Assembly (NCBI RefSeq): GCF_009914755.1
Contig: NC_060939.1
Direction: 5' to 3' (one strand)
DNA length: 64,000 bases
Origin: the human T2T-CHM13v2.0 reference genome, Homo sapiens
In this document: positions 30,656 through 42,600 of the stretch, piece after piece
How positions within the stretch are numbered: the first letter of the stretch is position 1
How the letters are laid out: each line of letters opens with the position of its first letter
Made by a program: the position numbers and the translations under genes
Notes under the pieces: model-generated
What the model saw: the letters and a program-made list of their open reading frames with translations, nothing else
The model's database searches: none
Told to the model about the DNA's origin: nothing

Positions 30656-32949
30656 CTATTACTTCTACCAATACAACAGTTACCCTGAATTAATACAGCA
30701 GCTCATTAACCCCTGGAACCGGGGTCTGCATTGCTGTCTGAAATGGGAAAGCAAGGACATGAATAGGACTTCAAATCTCATACTGCAGGCATCTTTAGTT
30801 CTGGGTTTACCTGGGAGCTAAGAGTACTCCAGAGTTGATCTGGTCTGAGATCCTGATTTATGATTTCCTTGATCACCTAGATGACCTCTCAGAAATCTTC
30901 CACAAAAGGGAGAAAGACTTCCAGTGGCATTTGTACATTGCAGATTTGGAAGTCTAGGAATGAAGAAGCTTTTTTTTCATCTTTTATACAATTCAAACCT
31001 CACAGCATTATCGGAGGATGGTACTAATATTATACTCATTTCATAGTTTATGAAGTAGGCTCTGAGAGAGGTTAAGTCTCTTGTTTAGCAGCATGATTAG
31101 TAAAATGGTGGATCAAGTCTCAAATCCAGGGTTTCATATCTTACTTTGTAGCTCAGCTCAAGCCTCTCTTTCTTCTTTGGCATCTCACCATTTCATTGCA
31201 GCAGAGCCTAGGAATACAGCAGGTGGAGAGTTGGTTGTGGTGGGTAGCTGTTCAGAGGGTGAAGGCTGAAGGAAAACTCCACTGTGAGTTGGCACCATGC
31301 CCAGGGTGTGGCCCTTGGGGGTGGCAGCTGAGAATATGGGTGGGCTCTGTATTGGTCTGGGAAATGTTATTTTGTTCGTAAACTAAATGTCTACTTAAGT
31401 TTCCCTCCTAACACACTCCAGAAAGCCCTAGAAAGCAGGGAGGAGATAGAAGGCTTGAGGTGGGAGGAAATAAGAACGATGAAGTTGCAGAAGAGGGGTA
31501 TTTCCCTTTTGTGATGCTCAGAACTCAGCCTGGTTTTCCCTGTGTATCTCTGCAGATGGCCGCTTCTACCCAAACGGGGTTGTTGCCATTGTCGCAGATT
31601 TGCATCCCCGGATCTAAGCAAGGATTGCTCCCCTTTTGTCCCCTCAACCCCCAAGAGTACTAGTGACTCAGCTCCTCCTCTCCTCTGGCTGCAATTAAGG
31701 GGGGATGGGGGATGCTGAGAGCACAGACTATTTTGGCTTCTCTGACCTTCAAAAGTAACTCTTGGCAGCCTGGGGCAAGGGTGGGGCTAGTGTTTGGGTG
31801 TGAGTGGGTGGCTGTGATTGTGAGGAAGGCCTTAGGAGCTGGCCAAACTGGGGAGGGTGGATGGGAAGAGGGCAGGGAAGGACTATGTAAGAGCATGAGC
31901 ATCCTCGGGTTGGAAGGAAGTGCTACCACTCTCCAGATTCTTCCTTTGAGTCCTAGAGCGCTTTACTAAATCTGAGATGGAGGTAGAGACTAAGGGAAAC
32001 AGGATCAACATTAGAAAGATCCAAATAATATAATATAGAAACAGCAAAGAGACAAGGAGAGAGCAAGAACCCAATCACCCTACAAAGTCATTATAGGGTT
32101 TTTTTAATCTAAAGAGTACTTCTGTTACATTTAATAATTGGCCTACAACCTTGCTTGGGCCGGAGGCCCTGGTGATCCTTCTTGGTCCTTGTTAACTCCT
32201 TCACTGTAAGGCAGAAAGCTCCCTGTCCCTTCAGGGACTTGTCTCTTCATATCCAATGACTCAAGAATCCCAAGAATCAGTGCCTGTGTGGTTACTGTGT
32301 TATGCTGCATTCCCATGAAACTTCATGTAGCTCTCAGGGTCCCTGTGCCCCACCCCAACAGGCTAGGGACCATGTGTCCACTCCGGAATTTCAAACTACC
32401 CTCTAACCCTAAAATAAGACTTATTTCTGCCCTCCTTGGTTTCTGTAGTGCTGAGGTTCAGAAGAAGGCAGCACATCTCTGCATCCCCAACCTTTGTCTT
32501 AAGCAGTTCCCCACACCTACCCCATGCTTTTGGGCCCCCAGCCTTTGTCTCCTGCTCCTCCAGGGACTGAAGGTCACTCCCTGGATCCATCTGAGGAGAG
32601 AGGCAGCAGATGGTTTCTAAGAGAAGGGGGAGAGCCCACGCAGCCCATGCCTCCTATAGCCTCGCTCTGTGCCCTAGCATGGGGCTTTGGTCTTTTGGCT
32701 GATGCCAAAAGAATATTTCCTAACTAAGCAGGGTTGGGAGAGAAAGGTCCTATGGGCCATAGGACATTGCAGAGGCTCCTTGAGCTGCTAGACAATCCCT
32801 CAGCCCCACAGAGCCAAGCAAAAGCACTGGAGCTCAGACGTCGTGAAGGCAAAGAAACAGTTAAGTCTCCAGTGCCTCGTCACGGACCAGCCCCTCTTCC
32901 CCGCCCTGGCGCCGCCCTCCTCATCAAGCACCCCCCTCCCCCCCCCACC

Positions 32950-33051
32950 GCCCGCCCCACTCCCACCCTAAGTGCTGCAGACTCTTCCCTGAAGCTGCCG
33001 GCTGAGGCCGGAGCTGCCGCCTCCATGAGAGGCTTCCTCCTACACCCCAGG
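32950..33051 (+). other. MAP1A: MAP1A alternative (short-isoform) first exon with GC-box-rich promoter; 5' boundary approximate
   Basis: C-tract/GC-box cluster 32890-32970 followed by donor CAGG|gtaaga at 33051; no ATG in the MAP1A frame. Confidence 0.75.
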
Positions 33052-35991
33052 GTAAGAACCGAACCAAAGGGCTTGGCATGTGGGGGTACACTGTGATAGG
33101 GAGGTGGGATGGGGGTCATGGAAAGGGTGCTGGTACCTAATCTGGCACATCTAGAACTAGCCCAGTGGCAGTAGGCAGGATGGGGAAATGGAGAGAGAAG
33201 ATGAACGTTACTGGCTGTGGGCCCAGCCTGGACCCAGAACCAGAGGCCACCAGGGGCTGTGACAGTCCACCTCTCCAGCTGGGCGGGGATGGGAGAAATC
33301 AGCCTGGGACAGCAGCAGAGGGTGGTGCCACTGGCTCTGCCTGACAGCCCAGGATGCTGGAGGAGTTTGGGGGCTATGTTTCTGGTCAGAGGCAGAAGAA
33401 TCTGAGAGAAAGGGGGATGTTATGGGAATGTGCCTAATAGGAGGGCCCCTGGGTGTCAGCTGCTGGATTGCTCAGCTGCTCCTATGCTGGGGGTGAGCAG
33501 GGCAGTGAGTTTTTGCCAAGTAAGGGAAGGTGGGGGACACTATGGAAAAGAAGGGAGGAAAGGGTCACTAAGACGTGGCACGCGCCTCCTTACAGACCAA
33601 CCGGTTTGCAGTGGGCTCCCCCACCCTATTCCCTGCGGCTAGCTTTAGAATGGGACTCTAAACCCCCCTTTCTGGCCCTGCCGAGGCCACTCTGGAGACG
33701 GAGAACTCCCTCCCCAGCGGCTGCCCTGCATTTCCAGTCGTGTCAACCCCACAGGTTCCCAGTCTCAGCCCTACCCCCACCTCATCTCTGCTTCTCTTCC
33801 CAAGATGGGGGCTCTTGAACAGAGGAGCCAGTTTCTTCTCTCTCTCTGCATCCCCCCATCCCCACCCCCCATGCAGAAGCAGCCAAGAAAATGACTTGTC
33901 ATGCTGGGGTGGGGGGTGGGGGCGGAGCTGGAGCCGGAGCTCAGCGCGCACACTCACACACTGCGGCAAACTGCAGCTGCCCAAACGGTCCCCCTCCCCT
34001 TCTGCCTCACTGCGGAGACACCTGCCCTCCTGCCTGCTCAGCCTCTGCACCGCAGCCCACCCCCCCCCGCAACTCCAGCACTGGCTGAGCACTGTGTGTC
34101 CCTGCCTCACAAGATGGTCCTCTCTAAAGAAAAAGGAAAAAACGAGTCAGTTCCCTTCAGTGAGAGAGCCAGGGGAGCAGAAGAAACGGCTTTCTCCCAG
34201 GCCTGAAAAAGAGAGGCACAGGATATAAACCATGTAATTTCAAGTCAGAACCACTCCCAGGGATAGAGTGAGGAACAGGACCTTATGCCAGGACAGGAAC
34301 TGGGATCATAGAAGTCTTGTGGTGATAAATGGGGACCGTGAGGAATGGTTGGGGGCAGGGAGGGGTAGATAGAAAGCAAATCAGTGTGTGCTATAGATAT
34401 TTGTCTTTCTGACCCTCCTACCTCAAATTTATGACCTTATTTGTGTGGAGGGAGCTCTTGTCTTTCTAAATCTGAACGACTTAAGGCTGGCAGCTTCCCG
34501 AACCTTGATATCCCTCACCTGCCCCAAGCCCTGCCCTTGCCTACATCTGAGGTGGCTCTTGTCCTCTGAATTTATCTCAAATGTTCCCTCAATTCTCAAG
34601 TAAATAGAAGGGAACCCTTGAATTCCCCTTTGGCCCAACCCACGCTGTATGGGGTTTGGTCTTCTGACACCATCGTTCATTTCCCCCACAGCTGCATCTG
34701 CAGCCCTGTGCTGCCAGATCTGCCTGATCCTGGCACCATGGCTCTGCCTCTTAACAAAGGCCCTGGCCCCAGGCTTCTCTTGTCCAAGCACCAGAAAGAA
34801 GAGAGAGCTGGGTCACAGAAGAGGGTCTAAGGGACAAATTATGGACCCTCCCACCAGTATCCTCCAGACAGCCCACTGCCATCTGTTGGATGCTCTGTGA
34901 GGTTAATGCCACTATGTACTGCAATTGGAAAGGGGATTTGGCAAGGAAGGGCGGGTGCAGGGGATGGCAGCATTCTTCTTCAGCATCTTCTGTCTCATTT
35001 GCCACTTTCTTTCTTTGCTGAATTGTTTGGTGTTTCATGTGAGGCTGGAGAAGGGAAATAGGGGATTTGGGGATGCCTTATCTTTCTCCATGGCCTGGGG
35101 AACACCCTGAATCTCTCCTTCCTTATTAATGTGTTTCTTGTTCAAGAACCTTTCACTCCCCATGCCCGTGGTAGAGGCCCCTAGGAGCGGGGCAAAGATG
35201 AGAGAAGAAACTGTTCACAATGAATAGGTTGTGGGGTAGTGAATCTGGCCTCTCTGAAACTTTGGGACATGAAGATCAGGTTGGAGAGGGTGTTGTGAAA
35301 ACTTCCGAGCAGGAACAATATGATTGTGTGCATGTGTATTAGTGCGGGCTTGGCCTCTGAGGAACCAGAGGACAGAAAATGAAGTTATAGTCCTATGTCC
35401 ATTCTTTGAATCATAAAACCCCAAAAATTTAGATAGCACAGGCTTCTCCGGGTCTTCTGGAACAGGAATTCTGGCCTTGGATGGCAAGAAGGGTGGGGAG
35501 TCTGTACCACACAGAAGCTCCTATTTCCTTATTTCTAGACACTCTGCGGGCAGGAAAGCCCAGGGCAGAGGCAAGCCAGGAAGGAGAAAGGGAAGTGAGG
35601 GTCATCATCCCAGGGGCCCTCTCTCCAGCTGAGCCCCCCATCCCCAGGCAGCACCAGGAGCTTAGTGCTCGAGAAGGACAAAAGCTTCTTGTCAATAGGG
35701 CAGTCTGAGGCCATAGTTCCAGGCAGAGGGATGGGGGCACAGGCAGCAGAGGGTGTGGTAGATGAAGGGAAGGAGAGGACAGCCAGTGTGGGAGAGGGGA
35801 GGTGGAAACCCTCTAAGGGAAGGGCTGGATGAGCCAGTTCCTAGACCTTACTCAGCAGTATCCAAGGTGGCAGGGCCTAAGGATACCTTCTCTTTCGTCT
35901 AAGCCCCATTTCCTGATAGCACATTCTTTCCTCTCCTGCACCACAATTTCTATACCTATTCTCAATATAAATTCCTACATCTCTCCCTCAG

Positions 35992-36074
35992 GCCAGAGGA
36001 CCCTTTGCCACCAGAGTGAGATCCTAGAGACCATCATCCTGGTAAATCCCAGTGCAGACAGCATCAGCTCTGAG
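35992..36074 (+). CDS. MAP1A: MAP1A exon 3 (83 bp; 5' UTR in the short isoform)
   Basis: ctcag|GC CAG AGG ... TCT GAG|gtaagg; QRTLCHQSEILETIILVNPSADSISSE. Confidence 0.93.
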
Positions 36075-36322
36075 GTAAGGCCAGGGCCTGTGCCTTGCCA
36101 AACAGGCCTGGTGCAAGTGCTATACCCACCCTTGCCAGTGCTACCACTATTAGGCCAAGAATTCCTCTCTCTGCCATCTAAGCTGACGTATTGTCTCCAG
36201 CCCACTCTGGAGGTGTTATGAGGGACATAAGTTGGGAGCATGTTCTTGAGGTACTGAGGGGCCATTCATTGCCTTTCCCTGGATTTCCTATATCTGTGAC
36301 CACTCCCCTTCTTCCATTCCAG

Positions 36323-36463
36323 GTTCATCATCTTCTTAGCAGCTCATCAGCTTATAAACTACTAATCTTGAGTGGGCAAAGTTTAGAGCCTGGGGGAGAC
36401 CTCATCCTACAGAGTGGCACCTACTCATATGAAAACTTTGCCCAGGTCCTTCACAACCCCGAG
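36323..36463 (+). CDS. MAP1A: MAP1A exon 4 (141 bp; 5' UTR in the short isoform)
   Basis: ccag|GTT CAT CAT ... CCC GAG|gtaagt; VHHLLSSSSAYKLLILSGQSLEPGGDLILQSGTYSYENFAQVLHNPE. Confidence 0.93.
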
Positions 36464-36674
36464 GTAAGTTCCATGCCAGAGTGTCTGGGAGAAAGGGTAG
36501 CACTAGAGCTGTGGGAGGGATCTAAGGGAAAGTCTCATATTGCATGACCATGGGGGGCCCTGGCAGAAAGGTAAGAGTCCACCTTGGAAAGAGGTGAAGA
36601 TTAGGGTACTGAATCTAAGTCAGACCAAAACAACTCTAGTGACCTGATCAGGTTTCTATCTCCTATTCTTCTAG

Positions 36675-39600
36675 ATTTCCCAATTGCTCAGCAATAGAGA
36701 CCCTGGGATACAGGCCTTCCTTACCGTGTCCTGCTTAGGGGAAGGTGATTGGAGCCACCTGGGATTATCCAGTTCCCAAGAGACCCTGCACCTCCGGCTA
36801 AACCCTGAGCCCACTCTGCCCACCATGGACGGCGTGGCTGAGTTCTCCGAGTATGTCTCTGAGACTGTGGACGTGCCATCCCCATTTGACCTACTAGAGC
36901 CCCCCACCTCAGGGGGCTTCCTCAAGCTCTCCAAGCCTTGTTGCTACATCTTCCCAGGTGGTCGTGGGGACTCTGCCCTCTTTGCTGTCAATGGTTTCAA
37001 CATCCTGGTGGATGGTGGCTCTGATCGCAAGTCCTGTTTTTGGAAGCTGGTACGGCACTTGGACCGCATTGACTCGGTGCTACTCACACACATTGGGGCA
37101 GACAACCTGCCAGGCATCAATGGACTACTGCAGCGCAAAGTGGCAGAGCTAGAGGAGGAGCAGTCCCAGGGCTCTAGCAGTTACAGCGACTGGGTGAAGA
37201 ACCTTATCTCTCCTGAGCTTGGAGTTGTCTTTTTCAACGTGCCTGAGAAGCTGCGGCTTCCTGATGCCTCCCGGAAAGCCAAGCGTAGCATTGAGGAGGC
37301 CTGCCTCACTCTGCAGCACTTAAACCGCCTGGGCATCCAGGCTGAGCCTCTATATCGTGTGGTCAGCAATACCATTGAGCCACTGACCCTCTTCCACAAA
37401 ATGGGTGTGGGCCGGCTGGACATGTATGTCCTCAACCCTGTCAAGGACAGCAAGGAGATGCAGTTCCTCATGCAAAAGTGGGCAGGCAATAGTAAAGCCA
37501 AGACAGGCATCGTGCTGCCCAATGGGAAGGAGGCTGAGATCTCCGTGCCCTACCTTACCTCTATCACTGCTCTGGTGGTCTGGCTACCAGCCAATCCCAC
37601 TGAGAAGATTGTGCGTGTGCTTTTTCCAGGAAATGCTCCCCAAAACAAGATCTTGGAGGGCCTAGAAAAGCTTCGGCATCTGGACTTCCTGCGTTACCCT
37701 GTGGCCACGCAGAAGGACCTGGCTTCTGGGGCTGTGCCTACCAACCTCAAGCCCAGCAAAATCAAACAGCGGGCTGATAGCAAGGAGAGCCTCAAAGCCA
37801 CTACCAAGACGGCCGTGAGCAAGTTGGCCAAACGGGAGGAGGTGGTAGAAGAGGGAGCCAAGGAGGCACGTTCAGAGCTGGCCAAGGAGTTAGCCAAGAC
37901 AGAGAAGAAGGCAAAAGAGTCATCTGAGAAGCCCCCAGAGAAGCCTGCCAAGCCTGAGAGGGTGAAGACAGAGTCAAGTGAGGCACTGAAGGCAGAGAAG
38001 CGAAAGCTGATCAAAGACAAGGTAGGGAAAAAGCACCTTAAAGAAAAGATATCAAAGCTGGAAGAAAAAAAAGACAAGGAGAAAAAAGAGATCAAAAAGG
38101 AGAGGAAAGAGCTCAAGAAGGATGAAGGAAGGAAGGAGGAGAAGAAGGATGCCAAGAAGGAGGAGAAGAGGAAAGATACCAAACCTGAGCTCAAGAAGAT
38201 TTCCAAGCCAGACCTAAAGCCCTTTACTCCTGAGGTACGTAAGACCCTCTATAAAGCCAAGGTCCCTGGAAGAGTCAAAATAGACAGGAGCCGTGCTATC
38301 CGTGGGGAGAAGGAGCTGTCTTCTGAGCCCCAGACACCCCCAGCCCAGAAGGGAACTGTACCACTCCCAACCATCAGTGGGCACAGGGAGCTGGTCCTAT
38401 CCTCACCAGAGGACCTCACACAGGACTTTGAGGAGATGAAGCGTGAGGAGAGGGCTTTGCTGGCTGAACAAAGGGACACAGGACTAGGAGATAAGCCATT
38501 CCCTCTAGACACTGCAGAGGAGGGACCCCCAAGTACAGCTATCCAGGGAACACCACCCTCTGTTCCAGGGCTGGGACAAGAAGAACATGTGATGAAGGAG
38601 AAAGAGCTTGTCCCAGAGGTCCCTGAGGAACAAGGCAGCAAGGACAGAGGCCTAGACTCTGGGGCTGAAACAGAGGAAGAGAAAGATACCTGGGAGGAAA
38701 AGAAGCAGAGGGAAGCAGAGAGGCTCCCAGACAGAACAGAAGCCAGAGAGGAAAGTGAACCTGAAGTAAAGGAGGATGTGATAGAAAAGGCTGAGTTAGA
38801 AGAAATGGAGGAGGTACACCCTTCAGATGAGGAGGAAGAGGACGCGACAAAAGCTGAGGGTTTTTACCAAAAACATATGCAGGAACCCTTGAAGGTAACT
38901 CCAAGGAGCCGGGAGGCTTTTGGGGGTCGGGAATTGGGACTCCAGGGCAAGGCCCCTGAGAAGGAGACCTCGTTATTCCTAAGCAGCCTGACCACACCTG
39001 CAGGAGCCACTGAGCATGTCTCTTACATCCAGGATGAGACAATCCCTGGCTACTCAGAGACTGAGCAGACCATCTCAGATGAGGAGATCCATGATGAGCC
39101 GGAGGAGCGCCCAGCTCCACCCAGATTTCATACAAGTACATATGACCTGCCCGGGCCTGAAGGTGCTGGCCCATTCGAAGCCAGCCAACCTGCCGATAGT
39201 GCTGTTCCTGCTACCTCTGGCAAAGTCTATGGAACGCCAGAGACTGAACTCACCTACCCCACTAACATAGTGGCTGCCCCTTTGGCTGAAGAGGAACATG
39301 TGTCCTCGGCCACTTCAATCACTGAGTGTGACAAACTTTCTTCCTTTGCCACATCAGTGGCTGAGGACCAATCTGTGGCCTCACTTACAGCTCCCCAGAC
39401 AGAGGAGACAGGCAAGAGCTCCCTGCTGCTTGACACAGTCACAAGCATCCCTTCCTCCCGTACTGAAGCTACGCAGGGCTTGGACTATGTGCCATCAGCT
39501 GGTACCATCTCACCCACCTCCTCACTGGAAGAAGACAAGGGCTTCAAATCACCACCCTGTGAGGACTTCTCTGTGACTGGGGAGTCAGAGAAGAGAGGAG

Positions 39601-42600
39601 AGATCATAGGGAAAGGCTTGTCTGGAGAGAGAGCTGTGGAAGAGGAAGAGGAGGAGACAGCAAACGTAGAGATGTCTGAGAAACTTTGCAGTCAATATGG
39701 AACTCCAGTGTTTAGTGCCCCTGGGCATGCCCTACATCCAGGAGAACCAGCCCTTGGAGAAGCAGAGGAGCGGTGCCTTAGCCCAGATGACAGCACAGTG
39801 AAGATGGCTTCTCCTCCACCATCTGGCCCACCCAGTGCCACCCACACACCCTTTCATCAGTCCCCAGTGGAAGAAAAGTCTGAGCCCCAAGACTTTCAGG
39901 AGGCAGACTCCTGGGGAGACACTAAGCGCACACCAGGTGTGGGCAAAGAAGATGCTGCTGAGGAGACAGTCAAGCCAGGGCCTGAAGAGGGCACACTAGA
40001 GAAGGAAGAGAAAGTTCCTCCTCCCAGGAGCCCCCAGGCCCAGGAAGCACCTGTCAACATTGATGAGGGGCTTACAGGCTGTACCATTCAACTGTTGCCA
40101 GCACAGGATAAAGCAATAGTCTTTGAGATTATGGAGGCAGGAGAGCCCACAGGCCCAATTCTGGGAGCAGAAGCCCTTCCCGGAGGTTTGAGGACTTTAC
40201 CCCAAGAACCTGGCAAACCTCAGAAAGATGAGGTGCTCAGATATCCTGACCGAAGCCTCTCTCCTGAAGATGCAGAATCCCTCTCTGTCCTCAGCGTGCC
40301 CTCCCCAGACACTGCCAACCAAGAGCCTACCCCCAAGTCTCCCTGTGGCCTGACAGAACAGTACCTACACAAAGACCGTTGGCCAGAGGTATCTCCAGAA
40401 GACACCCAGTCACTTTCTCTGTCAGAAGAGAGTCCCAGCAAGGAGACCTCCCTGGATGTCTCTTCTAAGCAGCTCTCTCCAGAAAGCCTTGGCACCCTCC
40501 AGTTTGGGGAACTAAACCTTGGGAAGGAAGAAATGGGGCATCTGATGCAGGCCGAGGATACCTCTCACCACACAGCTCCCATGTCTGTTCCAGAGCCCCA
40601 TGCAGCCACAGCGTCACCTCCCACAGATGGGACAACTCGATACTCTGCACAGACAGACATCACAGATGACAGCCTTGACAGGAAGTCACCTGCCAGCTCA
40701 TTCTCTCACTCTACACCTTCAGGAAATGGGAAGTACTTACCTGGGGCGATCACAAGCCCTGATGAACACATTCTGACACCTGATAGCTCCTTCTCCAAGA
40801 GTCCTGAGTCTTTGCCAGGCCCTGCCTTGGAGGACATTGCCATAAAGTGGGAAGATAAAGTTCCAGGGTTGAAAGACAGAACCTCAGAACAGAAGAAGGA
40901 ACCTGAGCCAAAGGATGAAGTTTTACAGCAGAAAGACAAAACTCTGGAGCACAAGGAGGTGGTAGAGCCGAAGGATACAGCCATCTATCAGAAAGATGAG
41001 GCTCTGCATGTAAAGAATGAGGCTGTGAAACAGCAGGATAAGGCTTTAGAACAAAAGGGCAGAGACTTAGAGCAAAAAGACACAGCCCTAGAACAGAAGG
41101 ACAAGGCCCTGGAACCAAAAGACAAAGACTTAGAAGAAAAAGACAAGGCCCTGGAACAGAAGGATAAGATTCCAGAAGAGAAAGACAAAGCCTTAGAACA
41201 AAAGGATACAGCCCTGGAACAGAAGGACAAGGCCCTGGAACCAAAAGATAAAGACTTGGAACAAAAGGACAGGGTCCTAGAACAGAAGGAGAAGATCCCA
41301 GAAGAGAAAGACAAAGCCTTAGATCAAAAAGTCAGAAGTGTTGAACATAAGGCTCCGGAGGACACGGTCGCTGAAATGAAGGACAGAGACCTAGAACAGA
41401 CAGACAAAGCCCCTGAACAGAAACACCAGGCCCAGGAACAAAAGGATAAAGTCTCAGAAAAGAAGGATCAGGCCTTAGAACAAAAATACTGGGCTTTGGG
41501 ACAGAAGGATGAAGCCCTGGAACAAAACATTCAGGCTCTGGAAGAGAACCACCAAACTCAGGAGCAGGAGAGCCTAGTGCAGGAGGATAAAACCAGGAAA
41601 CCAAAGATGCTAGAGGAAAAATCCCCAGAAAAGGTCAAGGCCATGGAAGAGAAGTTAGAAGCTCTTCTGGAGAAGACCAAAGCTCTGGGCCTGGAAGAGA
41701 GCCTAGTGCAGGAGGGCAGGGCCAGAGAGCAGGAAGAAAAGTACTGGAGGGGGCAGGATGTGGTCCAGGAGTGGCAAGAAACATCTCCTACCAGAGAGGA
41801 GCCGGCTGGAGAACAGAAAGAGCTTGCCCCGGCATGGGAGGACACATCTCCTGAGCAGGACAATAGGTATTGGAGGGGCAGAGAGGATGTGGCCTTGGAA
41901 CAGGACACATACTGGAGGGAGCTAAGCTGTGAGCGGAAGGTCTGGTTCCCTCACGAGCTGGATGGCCAGGGGGCCCGCCCACACTACACTGAGGAACGGG
42001 AAAGCACTTTCCTAGATGAGGGCCCAGATGATGAGCAAGAAGTACCCCTGCGGGAACACGCAACCCGGAGCCCCTGGGCCTCAGACTTCAAGGATTTCCA
42101 GGAATCCTCACCACAGAAGGGGCTAGAGGTGGAGCGCTGGCTTGCTGAATCACCAGTTGGGTTGCCACCAGAGGAAGAGGACAAACTGACCCGCTCTCCC
42201 TTTGAGATCATCTCCCCTCCAGCTTCCCCACCTGAGATGGTTGGACAAAGGGTTCCTTCAGCCCCAGGACAAGAGAGTCCTATCCCAGACCCTAAGCTCA
42301 TGCCACACATGAAGAATGAACCCACTACTCCCTCATGGCTGGCTGACATCCCACCCTGGGTGCCCAAGGACAGACCCCTCCCCCCTGCACCCCTCTCCCC
42401 AGCTCCTGGTCCCCCCACACCTGCCCCGGAATCCCATACTCCTGCACCCTTCTCTTGGGGCACAGCCGAGTATGACAGTGTGGTGGCTGCAGTGCAGGAG
42501 GGGGCAGCTGAGTTGGAAGGTGGGCCATACTCCCCCCTGGGGAAGGACTACCGCAAGGCTGAAGGGGAAAGGGAAGAAGAAGGTAGGGCTGAGGCTCCTG

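Noticed and set aside
40905-41545. Regularly spaced repeats as a CRISPR-like array
   Set aside because: Degenerate in-frame coding heptads without unique spacers, in a eukaryotic gene
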